Positions 13,820 through 26,230 of a DNA stretch of 64,000 nt are shown piece after piece. The notes beneath the pieces were generated by a model. It was not told the DNA's origin and searched no databases. It saw only the letters and a program-made list of their open reading frames with translations. The DNA is from the human T2T-CHM13v2.0 reference genome, Homo sapiens. The stretch lies in assembly GCF_009914755.1 (NCBI RefSeq), contig NC_060930.1; one strand, 5' to 3'. Every line of letters begins with the position of its first letter. Position 1 is the stretch's first letter. The position numbers and the translations under genes are program-made.

Positions 13820-14935
13820 CTCACTCCTCACCCCTCCTCACCCCTCCTTACCCCTTCTCATCTCCTCCTCACCCCTCCTCATCTCCTCCTCACCCCTCCT
13901 CATCTCCTCCTCACCCCCTTCATCTCTTCCTTACCCCTCCCCACTTCTCAGCCCCCCTCATCTCCTCCACACCCCTCCTCATCTCCTCCACACCCCTCAT
14001 CTCTTCCTCACTCTTCCTCATCACCTCCTCACCCCTCCTCATCCTTCATCTCCTCATCTCTTCCTCACCCCTCCTCATCCTTCATCTCATCTCCTCCTCA
14101 CCCCTCCTCACCCCTCCTCATCTCCTCCTCACCCCTCCATATCTCCTCCTCACCCCTCATCTCTTCCTCACCCCTCCTCACCCCTCCTCACCCCTCCTCG
14201 TCCCTCTTCATCTCCTCCTCGCCCCTCCTCACCCCTCCTCACCCCTCCTTATCTCCTCCTCACCCCTCCTCACCTTTCCTCATCTCCTCCTCACCCTTTC
14301 TCATCTCATCTCCTCCTCACCCCTCATCTCTTCCTCACCCCTCATCTCCTCCTCACCCCTCCTCATCTCTTCCTTACCCCTCCTCATCTCCTTCTCACTC
14401 CTCGTCATCTCCTCCACACCCCTCCTCATCTCTTCCTCATCCTTCCTCATCACCTCCTCACCCCTCCTCACCCCTCATCTCCTCCTCACCCCTCCTCATC
14501 TCCTCCTCACCCCTCCTCATCTCCTCCTCACCCCTCCATATCTCCTCCTCACCCCTCATCTCCTCCTCACCCTCCTCATCTCCTCCTCATCCCTCCTCAA
14601 CTCCTCCTCACCCCTCCATATCTCCTCCTCACCCCTCATCTCCTCCTCACCCTCCTCATCTCCTCCTCATCCCTCCTCAACTCCTCCTCACCCCTCCTCA
14701 TCTCCTCCCCACCCCTCCCCATCTCCTCCTCATCCCTTCTACACCCCTCCTCATCTTGTCTTTACCCCTCCTCACTGCTCCTCATCCTCTCCTCATCTCC
14801 TCCTCACCTCTGCTCACCCCTCCTCGTCTCTTCCTCACCCCTCTTCACCCCTCCTCATCCACACCTCACTCACTCCTCACCCTTCCTTACCCTCCCCCAT
14901 CCTTCCTCCCCCCCACTCAACCCTCCTCACTCCCC
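13820..14935. repeat. C/T-rich minisatellite/VNTR, ~1.1 kb, consensus 21-mer CCTCACCCCTCCTCATCTCCT built from 10-11-bp subunits
   Basis: Directly visible; almost no G on the + strand; includes a perfect 80-bp higher-order duplication 14521-14600 = 14601-14680. Confidence 0.97.
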
Positions 14936-15107
14936 CGTCACTGCACATTCTCAGCACCCTCCTTCCCCAGTCCAGGCCATCAGGGTCTTTGTCTTGGACC
15001 AGTGTGTAGCCTTTAGTCAGCTCTGCCAAACCCTCTGCTGCCCATTCCAAATGAGTTCTGACTCTGCAGCCAGATTAATCTTGATAAAAATGAAACTTGC
15101 AACACAT

Positions 15108-15222
15108 CAATAGATTGTGCTAATTATTTCACAATGTATTCATATATCATAACATTACGTGGTGTACTGAAAGCATATACAATTTTCATTTGTCAGTTAT
15201 ACCTCAATAAAGTTGGGGAAAA
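15108..15222 (+). mobile_element. L1M (L1MA/MB) extreme 3' end
   Basis: gattgtgctaattatttcacaatgtat...ttatacctcaataaagttggggaaaa. Confidence 0.8.
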
Positions 15223-18200
15223 GCACAAAAAGCCATCAATGGCTTCCTCCTGTCCTTAGGAGAATGCGCTGTTCATATGGTGTCTGAGACCCTGGCAGGG
15301 GTGGCCCCACCAGTGCCTCCAGCACCCCCTCACTCTGCTGCTCCCAGCCTCAGCAGACCCTCACCCTCACCATGCAGCCTTACCACCCACCCTCTGACAC
15401 ACCCCGTCTTACATGTTGGTCTCCCTGCCTGGGCAGACATGTCTTCCTGGCTTTGCTGAGTTAACTCCCACCTACCTCTCCTTGTCCTTCAGACCGCAGC
15501 TGGGTCCTGACGTCCCTGTTGGGCGGCGCCCCCTGTTGGAAGAGCCTGGAACTCCCGTTGCCTCTGTTTGGAAAACCTTTCAGAATCCTAATTTAACTCC
15601 CGTTCATGACTATTGAATGATGGCTTCTGCCTCTCTGGACTGGAAGCCCCACACAGGCAGAGACCGTTTCTGGCTTTGCCGTCTATATTTTTGAATTGAA
15701 AGAATCAGTAATAAGTGAAATCCTAACTGGGCAGGAAATTACTGATAGCGTTTTTGTGGCTGCCATTCCTATGGAAAGCCTGACCATTCAGTCCCGGAGC
15801 ATAACTAAGTTATGTTAATTTAGACAAGATAAGAAATAGAGAAGTGGTCATGGTAAGAACAGCCATGGAAGTGCAAACCTACAAGATTATGGTAAAAAAC
15901 TCACTCTGGCAAAATGAATCTGTAATATCATTAATAACATTAGATTCTGTGTGAATTAAGTTTGAAAACACTTAGCCAGACCTCTTAGTTTCCTCTTTCT
16001 CCTCATTTTAACGAGAAGGCAAAGACAGGGCTGCTTTCTGCATATGATAACTTCCTAATTTTCTAGTGATTTACCCTCCTTTCTTACTTTTTCTGTTATC
16101 CTGGAGTTTTGGCTATCTCTGTACAATTAGACATGACTTTGGAGCTCTCAGAGGAAGAATCCTCACATATTCGGAGAATGTGGGGTTTGAGAAGAACTTT
16201 GAACGGTGTCCAGCTTTGAAAGATCTTGGAAAACTTCACAGCCATCTCAGCTTGCTTGTCATGATTTCTGTGGATTTTCACTTAAGTCTTTCAATGTACA
16301 CATCTGAAATTTTGTGAATAAATTTGGTGTTAACCAATTGATCAGCAACTCGATGGTTTTATCAACTTGCTAAAGTTGAAAGTTAATCTCTATCCAGGGA
16401 GGTTTACTAAGTGGAAGTGTGAGTTTGGGGTGAGGCTCCCTGTTCTGTGAGTGTTTGCCTGTGCGTCCTGCTCTGTATCTGCATTAACGTTCTGAAGTTA
16501 CATGAAATTTACAAAGGCAACGGAAACAAGAAGTGATTACATATCCATGGGAACTTGGGGATACTGTAAATCAGCCCCCCTGGCTCTGAGGACTGACCTG
16601 ACATTTTGGCTTTTAGATTTTGGGAACATAATTCAGTCTCAGTGCTGGGTTCATCTATGCGGCTTCTTCCCAGAAGAGCCTGAAAAACGTCCTGAGAGTT
16701 TTCAGATTACAGCTTATTAAAATTCTTAAATCATCTCAAGAAGGGAAATAGAACCTGAGTAAAACAAGTAAGCCTGGTGTTTTATACTAAACAATTGTGA
16801 TGAATTGGGCTTCCATGAAGAAACATTTCAGGCTTTGGTTGAATTTAAGTCACATACTCATGGCCGTATAATAATAAGTATATTATGCTCAAGATACATG
16901 TCTGTGCATGCCCCGTGTAACACAATATTAAGAAACTTGAGGCCAGCTTTCAACAGCTGAAGCAGAAGTTTCAACAATTTTCCTATGAATTAGCATCATT
17001 CTGAATTAGCAGCTTGGTTAGACAGCCAATTTGGACAATTCAGACCCCAAAGTGGTGTCTTAGGTCTGATTTATTTGTTTTGGCTGTCTAGGTAACTCCC
17101 AGTCGCTAGACAATCATTCATGGGGAAAATGGGGAAAATGGGAAATGCCCTTCTTGTGTGGATGTCTCCTTTCTGGGCCAGTATTTAAATATGAGTTGGT
17201 AAGACTTTGCCTTTCCTGTGATTGAAGGAATGACTTCACAAGGTCTTACATTTTTACTTTTCATTCTTGAAGCCCAGACAGCAATGGAACTTCAAGAGCC
17301 CTGGAAAGCCCCTGATGGCAATTGCGGGATGACATGTTTTAATTGACAAAAGAGCCCCTTGGCTAAACTCTCAGCTTTGTAGAACTTGTCAGAAGTGTTC
17401 AGTTTCAAGCCAAAAAGCTGCCAGAATGAGGGCCAATCATTAATGACAGAAAGATTAGGAGAGCAGACATCAGCTGGCTGTTCACCAGCACATAATGAGA
17501 CAAAATGCGAGAGTCAACTAAGGGCAGTTGACCCACAGCCAGTACTTCATAGGAGGGTACCTCAATGCCAAGTGCCTACCACCTCACCCTGGCATTTCTA
17601 ACACACATAGCAACGATTTGTCTGTGCCTCATGATACAAAAAATATGATGCTCTGAGTGTATCCCTAACTCATTTCTTTTTCTTTGTTGCACATTTACAC
17701 TGTTTCAGGCATAGGGGAAGATGGAAGAGTGAAAAAAAGCAAGTGAATACACTACCCAACTTATTTACTGAACAAACGCTAGAGAGTGGATCCTGCATAT
17801 TCCAGTGGTCAACACCCACACACAGTGGACCCCATATAATCCATTGTGGATTATTTTTCCAGGCTGTAAATTATCTCTAAGAAAAGTTTTTTCATTTCTG
17901 AGTTATACATGAGGTTGATGGATGACTTAACAAAAATACAGTGTGGAGACATCTGTGAATGCATCTGAAGATAATTCTGCCCTTGCCTCGGTCATTGTGG
18001 TTTTTGACTTGTTCTTGGCGATTGAAGATGGGTGCTTTTAGCTTTACAATGGCTACAGGTGGAGTGGGGAACTTTTTTTTTTTCCCATTTGCTTCCTGGC
18101 AGCACCCCTTTCATGGTACCAAGTCAGAAGAGCAAGGTGCATAGAGGAACTGAACTCCAGTTGATCAGTCTTGAGATTTACTGTTTGTTGTGATTTCCTA

Positions 18201-18639
18201 GAAAAGGAGTTGGAATTTGGCTAAGAAACTTTCTGAATATTTATATTTTCCCCTTGACTGTGGAATCCCCATTAATGTAAACAATGACGGGAGAAATAAT
18301 TACTACATGAGTATTTGCACCTTCTCCCCACTCCCACTCAGAGAAGGGCATCTGTCTTAACTTGCTTCACTTCTGAGTCTTTATTGGACAGAGATTATGT
18401 GAGGAGATAGTGGTGAAGACAGAGAATCCAGGAAGAGTTGATCGATTTCCAGAAAGTTACAGGTGAAAAGAAAGGGATGGATGGACAGGGAGAAGGGTGA
18501 GCATCAGCTCAGACTGACTCAAAGGAGTATTTTGGGGAGAAGGAAGAGGGAAGATTTAGGGGAAGTTGACATGCAATTCGGACATTCAAAGAAAGAGAAT
18601 GATGGGGAAGAACATTTTCCTTAGTCCTTTGTGAGTTTT

Positions 18640-18752
18640 TATTTGTTTATTTGATTTTACTAATTTATTTTTGCAGAGATGTCATCTCGCTATGTTGCCC
18701 AGGCTGATCTCAAACTCCTGGCCCCAAGCGATCCTCTCTCTTTGGCCTCCCA
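18640..18752 (-). mobile_element. FLAM/AluJ left-monomer fragment
   Basis: gagatgtcatctcgctatgttgcccaggctgatctcaaactcctggccccaagcgatcc. Confidence 0.85.
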
Positions 18753-19199
18753 CATTTTATTCATTTTTAATTAATAGAATCCCCTTCTGCATTTCTAAGG
18801 GACTCCAATAAAACCTATTTTAATTGTTTTTCCAATTAACATGTGGATGACAGTGTTTCTTCGTATTTACACCTTGCTAAGAATGAGTGGCAAAGTGTCT
18901 GGGTTTATGTGGTGACCTATGTAATGGAAGCCATGCCCAAAGGATGCTGAACATTAGTGTGAAGAGGGGCGGCTGTGTCAGAGGCCCACGTATCCAGAGG
19001 CTTGTGTGGTGCTTGTGATGCTTGGGTTTGATGTGCAGGTCGTAGATATCCAAGTATCCCAGCTCTGTGCCCACTAAATCACCACGGTCAAGTTTCCAGG
19101 GAGAGCTGGAATGAATGATTAAACTGCACACACAAATACATACTAGCACGTCCACTTGTACGCGTTTCCAGTAGGTACATTCCTTGAAATAAAATGGTT

Positions 19200-20250
19200 T
19201 GTTTTAAACCTCGTGTGTAACTAAGGCGGGGCAAAAACTTTGAAGCCCAAAAAATACCATTTTCTATTTTCTAAAAAGCTGCTATTTTCAAAAACAAAAC
19301 GGGGCAGAATAATCATCTCAAAGTGAAACCGTCAGTGCTTGGTAATTTTCCATCTGTGTCATAGCAATTTTCACTAGCAATTTTTTAAAATCCTGTCCTA
19401 AGCAGAAAACAGGTTTGGCCATGAAAGTTAACTCCCTCCCTGCTCGTGATCGAATGTGACTTCCAGATTTATAAGCTCACGGGCCACTCACATAGTGTTA
19501 GTTGTTGAGGCGGGGCGAGGTTTGGCTTTGAAAGATGTTTACAATATTTTTTAGGTTCTGTAATAAGCAAGTGTCCAGTGAAATTCACCATGTGGACCCC
19601 AGGACGCCACCGCGTGATGCTTCTCCACCTGCGCTCTGTCGTTCGCCGCCTGAGTTACCAGCCGAGCGTTGCCGCCTAGCTTGATGACAGAGGCTTAAAC
19701 AATATCAGAATGACGTGGTAATGCTGAATCATAAGATGCTGAAAGACCTTTATCTGAAGTGTCCTACAGACCAATGTTAAGTGAAATCATCCTTTCTAAA
19801 AGTTTAGCAGATTACAGGTTTTCATATGCCATGGGCAGGAAGCCAGCAGTTTCTGGGAACATGAGAAAGGTAGGGATTTGTATCTCCTCTATGTTTTCAT
19901 GGAGTATGAATTCATTCTGCTCAAATTATTTTATTGAAACCTCATCTAAGAACCTGGGGCTGGAGAGTCGCGGCGATGCCTGCAGAGTCACTTGGCCGTC
20001 CTCGTTTCCTGCATCTTCGTGACTCCCGGCCATCAGTGCAGATGGGGCTCCCCGCCACTGTCCCCAAGATATCCCGGGGCTCAGCATTTCATGTAGTTAT
20101 TTCCGGACCCCAGGCATTCGGAGGCCCATATGGCTTTGGCTACCAGGCAGAGCCGTCGACTGGGAATGCAGGGAGGTGGTTAGAAGCTGGGATGAAGAAC
20201 GACCTGCGTTCCTCGTGTATACTCACACGCACAGTTAATGTAACCCTAGG
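19200..20250. promoter_or_regulatory. CpG-retaining non-repeat region, candidate promoter/enhancer
   Basis: Visibly higher CpG density than the flanks; GC boxes ggcgggg (~19225, ~19509), CTTTGAA TCF/LEF-like sites (~19237, ~19526), TGTTTAC forkhead site (~19536), TGACGT (~19711). Confidence 0.45.
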
Positions 20251-20396
20251 GCTAGCACTTTGGCAACAATTTCCCTTGTTCTCTCTACAGCCCCTCCCAG
20301 CCTGCTGTATCATGCTCTCTGCAACAGCTTCTCTTCATTTCAAGCCTACTCTGTGTGTTTATTTTAATCAGATTCAGCACAAAACTGTTAAAGAGG

Positions 20397-20879
<483 letters not shown>

Positions 20880-20921
20880 TTAACATAAAACTTTTTCGAG
20901 AGCTGATGCAAGAACCCTGAA

Positions 20922-21320
20922 TATCAGTTAGGCATGCATTTCGCTAAATGTAACCGAAAACCCAAGGATGTTTAAATAATAAGAGATGTATTTGTGTCAG
21001 GTAACAAGACATCTCAGTGTAACTGGAACACGGTTGATATCCAGGCTCCATCTGGCTTCCTGCTCTGCCACCCTTGGATTGTGGGTTTTTATCCTCATTG
21101 TTGCAAAGTGACTGCCTTACTTCCAGGCACTGTGTCTGTATTCCAGGCAGGCATAAGGAGGCAAAGGAAGGCAAAGGGAGAAGAGGCGGAAAAAGGGCAG
21201 AAGGGGAAGCCTGCTGATTCTCTCCTCTTTAAAAAGCTTTCTGGGATGCTCAGCTGTAATAAATCTACTCACTTATCATCGCTCAGAACTGGCTCTCATA
21301 TCTGCCCTTTGCTACACACA
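20922..21320 (-). mobile_element. Old MLT1 (J/K/L-type) MaLR LTR
   Basis: tatcagttagg...gtaaccgaaaaccc...gttgcaaagtgactgcc..ttccaggca...cagaactgg motifs. Confidence 0.55.
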
Positions 21321-21484
21321 AATTCTCCAGCTTCTGTATTGGAAGAAGGGGTGACGCATGGCTTTTGCATAGTTTTGTGAGGACTCTGAGCACTGTATAA
21401 CAAAATCCAGAGGAAACACATATCTTGACTCCATGAAAGTGGCCTTGAGGCAGGTTTAAATGAAGAGTCAGGATCCGCTACGCG

Positions 21485-21590
21485 TGGGGTGGCCCCATGT
21501 CCAGTTTGTCTGAGATGCTCCCAGCCGAAGCCTGGGTTCCCGGCCTAATTGCTAATAAGTACCGCCTGCCTTTTACTTTCCCGCAACGTG
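21485..21590. mobile_element. MER94-like hAT-Blackjack MITE fragment
   Basis: gggtggccccatgtccagtttgtctgaga...cccggcctaattgctaata...ttttactttc resembles the MER94 consensus. Confidence 0.55.
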
Positions 21591-22310
21591 TTATTATGAG
21601 AAATTTCATGTTATCATGAAAAAAGTTGAGACGATTTTATGGGAATAGCTGTATATTATCTACTAGATTCTACCATTAACTATTTACTACTCAGATCACT
21701 CCCTTCATCAGACCGCCTTATATTCTTTGGGTGCATTGTGGAGTAAATTACAGACATCACTATACTTATCCTTAATTACGTCATTAATCAGAGTTCTATA
21801 TTCATTTACAGTTTTTTCTTTTGAAGGAAAATTAACATAAAATGAAATGTATGCCCTAAGTGTATATTGGCAGAATGTTGACAAATGGGTAACAAATCCT
21901 TACCAAGGCATGAAGCATCACCGCCACCCTAGAATGTTCCCTTATGGCCTCTTCTGACTGGAGAGGCCTCCTCCTCTGTCTCCCTCCACCCAGATGATCC
22001 AATGTTCTGATTTTTTTTTCAATATATATTATTTTGCCTGTTTTAGAACATCTGTTAAATGAAGTCACACCGTAGGCACCCTTTTGGGTAAGGCTTATTT
22101 TACTCTGCATAATATATATTTTTTAATTTCTGTGGGTACATAGTAGGTGCATATATCTGTGGGATACATGTTGTGATGCAGGCATGCAACGCATAGTAAT
22201 CATATCATGGAGAATGGTGTATCCATCCCCTCCAGTATTTATCCTTTGTGTTATCTGCATAATATTTTTGAAAATCATCATCCATGTTGTTGTGTATTTC
22301 ATTGCAGAAA
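21591..22310 (-). mobile_element. Old L1MC/ME 3' fragments
   Basis: agtaaattacagacatc, tattttgcctgttttagaac...aaatgaagtcacac, catccatgttgttgtgtat. Confidence 0.65.
22116..22253 (-). mobile_element. Short L1MA-type 3' end nested in the older L1
   Basis: ttttaatttctgtgggtacatagtaggtg...atccatcccctc..gtatttatcctttgtgtta; 12-bp TSD tctgcataatat at 22104-22115 and 22254-22265. Confidence 0.85.
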
Positions 22311-23848
22311 CTTTTTTTTTCATTCTTTCTGTAAGAACCAAACAAACTCCAGTTTCTAGTTAAGTCAAAATTGGTTATTTTCAAAGGTGGTTTTTAAACA
22401 CTCTCTGTAGGGAGCAAAGATCTTTAAAATTATCAGAGAAATGCGGCTCCCTGCTATGGCAAAGAACATAAACTCCTGGAAGTAAAGAAATGTTTGGGTC
22501 TTTATTTTACAGAAAGGAATGTGAAGTTGGAACTTCTAAATGGCCGATTTTAAATTTAATGTCTCTCTAAGAGATATAAATTAGCAGCAGCAAAATATTA
22601 TGGCCCTTTAGATGCTTCGGTCCATGAATTGTAAATTAAAGTTGGTTTAGCCATTTGGTGGGGCTTAACCATACTAGAAAGAGCCATTAAATATTTTATG
22701 GTATGTAAATGTACTTGCAACCATGAGCAGCGTTCCTGCCCCCTGACACATTTTTGTTAGAGTGAGAAAGGGAACAACGGAGAATGCACATAAAAATATT
22801 CCCAGTTAACAGAAGTTGAAATGAATTAGAGACATAAAGAACACACATGTTTGCACTTAGACGTGGTATATGGCTAATTTTTTCATGAAGAGTGCCTTAT
22901 TACTTTTGCTCTAAGCGGTATTCAAAACGCTCGACATTTGACAAGGGGAATTTCCCTTCCCTTCTCTCCTTTCCCTACAGTATATATTAAACTAATTGCT
23001 TTATTTTAACAAGGGGGACCCTGTTTCCCTAACCATCCTCTGGACCCCCAGCCTGACCTTCACCTCCACGGATCTTTGCTGGGAGATAATTGCACCACCA
23101 ATGTGATTTAGTACACTTTGGCTCTGTGCATCCAGTCTTCTCTGTCTTAGCAACATTTTTAACTCTCAAAGGGTCAGGTTCCCATCCTCTATAATTCTTG
23201 GACAGTCACATAAAACTTAAATTTGGCCCAGAGTTTCCTTATCATTTATAATTTCCATAATACTCTCAGAGTCACAAAACCATCTAGTGTTTCAGGGATG
23301 AACGATTTGTTGATTTTCTTGAATAAAAATTCTCTGAAGAGTAAGGTAAGGAACGCCAATAGGCTTAAAACTGTCACGGGAAATTGTAAATAAAACTCAT
23401 GCCATAAGCCACAGTGCCTTCTTTCAGGCCTACCTTTAGGAACACACATCGCTTCAACTGCTCCTCAGAAATTTCTCATGGTTGAAGTAAACACACAAGA
23501 CAGCTTGGCAATGGGGTGAGCGATTGGCCCTCCCGTCATGGATGGAGGGAGAGATGGAGACCGCACAGGCCTCAGTATCCCCATCCTTCGGGATTCAGGT
23601 TCCCCTTCCCTGAGGAGTTCTCCCTGACAGAGCCGCTCCGAATTCCTCCGGCAGCACGCAGGTCCACACAGTCAGTGTAACCCGTGTGCTTCCTTCCCAC
23701 TTCCCTTTTGCTCCTGGGGTTTTTGGTGGTTTGCTCTGTCTCTCCAATTCTTCGTAGTCCTTGAACACAGAAACCACATACTATTCTTTATGTTTTCGTA
23801 TCACATTGTGTTTATACTTATTTCAATGTGTCTTGTAGACTTACCCTG

Positions 23849-24151
23849 TTTTTGTTTGTTTGTTTTTAGATGGAGTCTCGCTCTGTCACCCAGGCTGGAA
23901 TGCAGTGATGGGATCTCGGCTCACTGCAACCTCCGCCTCCCGGGTTCAAGTGATTCCCCTGCCTCAGCCTCCTGAGTAGCTGGGACTACAGGCGCACACC
24001 ACCATGCCCAGCTATTTTTTTTCTATATTTTTAGTAGAGACGGGGTTGTGCCATGTTGGCCAGGCTGGTTTAGAACTCCTGACCTCAGGTGATCCACCTG
24101 CCTCGGCCCCCAAAAGTGCTGGGATTACAGTTGTGAGTCATTGTGCCCGGC
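23849..24151 (-). mobile_element. AluSx-like
   Basis: Full dimer with tgacctcaggtgatcc. Confidence 0.95.
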
Positions 24152-24439
24152 TTTTCCTTGTTATTTGAGTCTCTGGGTTTTGTAAAATGCAGACAGTTGT
24201 GGGCAATTAGATCAAATGATCATTAAGGTATCTCCAGCTCCCGAATTCACTCTGTAATTTTACTATTATTTAAGGGAAATTTCAGCATATAATTGCAATC
24301 TAACAACAGCCCTCACTCGTTTCAGTGGGCAAATATCAACGTTCATTCTCGTCCCCCAGTGGACTGCCCTCGGATCGTTCATTCATCGGGAAACTCTACT
24401 CCCAGATTTGCAAACCTGAGGGTTAGGCTTGTCTCTGAA

Positions 24440-24660
24440 TTTAACATGGAATAAGACCATAGATTGCCTGGGCCCAGATTTCTGTTCTGCCACCTCCTTT
24501 CTCATTGAGCATGTTACTTACTCTCACTGTACTTCAGTTTCTGCGTTTGCAAAATGAGAATCATAATAATCCTACCTCACAGGATTCGTATGAAAAGTAA
24601 ATGAATTAATATTTACAAAGTTCTTAGCATGTGGTGGATACGACATAAGAGTTTGTTAAA
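24440..24660 (+). mobile_element. MIR SINE
   Basis: gttacttactctcactgtacttcagtttctgcgtttgcaaaatgagaatcataataatcctacctcacagg. Confidence 0.85.
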
Positions 24661-26014
24661 AAATAACTCAGGGCTTCTACTAGCAGGCGAGGAAGCCACT
24701 TGTATTTCTCACACTTAGGTGTGCAGGGGCCATGAGTAAAGCACAGAAGGCAAGGCACGCTGCGGGAGAATTCAGAGGGCGTCCGTGTGGGAGCTGTCTA
24801 AACGGTGTGACTTTTGGATCTTCTGCCTTTCGAAATTCTTTCCCCTTGGCTCACTGAGGCCTGAAATTCCACAGTCACACCCTCCCATGCCTTTGATGTC
24901 TGCCAGACAAGGACTTTGTCCTCCACGAGAATACCCTGCAACAGGGAGAGCACACGCGAAGCTTCTCTGGACATTTTTGTTTCCTCAGTACGTTTATCAG
25001 ATTCTTCCTGAGAGGAGAGATTCCATTGGGTGGATTTGGAAAATGAAAACAAAGCAAGAGAATGTTGGGTGCCTGCCTAGTATGTGGAAGATAAGAAGGA
25101 AAAAGAAAGATGGGGACCTTGCCAGGGGTGGCCACACCCTGGGAACAGGTGTAATGGAGAGCTGGCCTTTCTTGCACAGCGTTGGCGTCAGGCAGGGCAG
25201 TCCGAGCCCCACCTCAGCCACTATGAGGTGGGCGTTCTGCAAGTCTGATCCTCAGGTTCCCACCCGCAAAGACGCAGGTGGTCACCTGGCCCCATAAGGT
25301 TGTAGCAGGAATTGTCTTCAGTTATTTGAAATGCTTGGTGGTGTCTCCACCAAGCAAGCTCTCAGTAAGTAAATATGTATAACCTTACTCCGTTCAGGCT
25401 TTTAGATAATCTGTTAAAAAATAACTTGAATATTGTTATATTCAAGTTTGCCCTTTGACTCTCAGAAGGCAAATGGCATTTAGAAAATCAAGGAAGCTTT
25501 CAAACAGTTACGTATTTCAGAACCCAGAGTTCTCAGTGGAGTTTCTTAAACGAAAACAAACAAACAATGCTAAATCAGTCACCGCAGATATTTCCAAAGA
25601 AAATTGTTTATAGCTCGCAAGTTTGCTTTAAGTAGTTGCCTGGCTAACAGAATATCTAAACTCATACTAGTTAGCAACATAGACAATTATGATTCTCTGG
25701 TTGTCAGATGCTAGAGGACCCTATTAAGAAACTGGAAATAATGATGAATTTTTCTATCCGTGGCATTAGCCATTCAGATATGGTGAGTGAAAAACAAATT
25801 AAGGAATGTATAAATATGAGGCTTTCAAAACAAGTGGCATAATATTTCATTTATTCACTTTCTACCTAGCTTTTACTTCTTAAAGGAGAATCTTGCTCTC
25901 TGGGATAGGCATAAACAAAGAACTTTTGAAATTTACTCTTTTGTAACGCATTGCGCTGAGTCAGTGATTTTATTCATAGCGTTATCTCCAGGCAGCCTCA
26001 GGTAAGGAACTCTA

Positions 26015-26230
26015 AGGACTCTGCTTCTGAAAACCAGACCCCACCCTGACCCCGCTGCTTCCCAGCTAAAGCATCTGGGATAAGTTACTTTGCCTCTCTA
26101 GGTCTCGGTTAGGTCTTGGTTGTCTTGTCTGTAAAGGGGGAATAAAATGATCCTCCCCACAGCGTTATTGTGAGGCTATATAAGATGTAAGCATTTTAAA
26201 TCTGTGAAATGCTATAGAGTAGTTATCACT
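26015..26230 (+). mobile_element. MIR SINE
   Basis: ggataagttactttgcctctctaggtctcggtt...tctgtaaaggggg...ttattgtgagg. Confidence 0.7.

Larger units (their letters stand above)
13580..15710 (+). mobile_element. Old L2 LINE 3' region, split by a VNTR and an L1 fragment
   Basis: L2-like segments at 13580-13720, 14965-15095 (ccagtccaggcc...gcagccagattaatctt), 15230-15500, and a 3' end at 15635-15710 (tggactggaagccccacacaggcagagacc...ttgaattgaaagaat). Confidence 0.6.

Noticed and set aside
13820-14935. PRDM9-A hotspot motif CCNCCNTNNCCNC in the C-rich VNTR
   Set aside because: The main repeat units checked by eye do not place T at motif position 7 with CC at 10-11; no clear match found (not exhaustively scanned)
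13446-15113. 555-aa and 430-aa Pro/Ser/Leu/His-rich ORFs resembling extensin or mucin
   Set aside because: The VNTR almost lacks G and TA on the + strand, so stop codons can barely occur. Several frames are open at once, the starts are non-ATG (TTG/GTG) and the flanks are L2 sequence.
16066-16322. Possible terminal exon (ttttctag acceptor to AATAAA at ~16317)
   Set aside because: Weak acceptor context; AATAAA is common in AT-rich DNA; no other support
24785-25297. 170-aa ORF
   Set aside because: No recognisable protein features or supporting splice structure; length is compatible with chance in moderately GC-rich DNA
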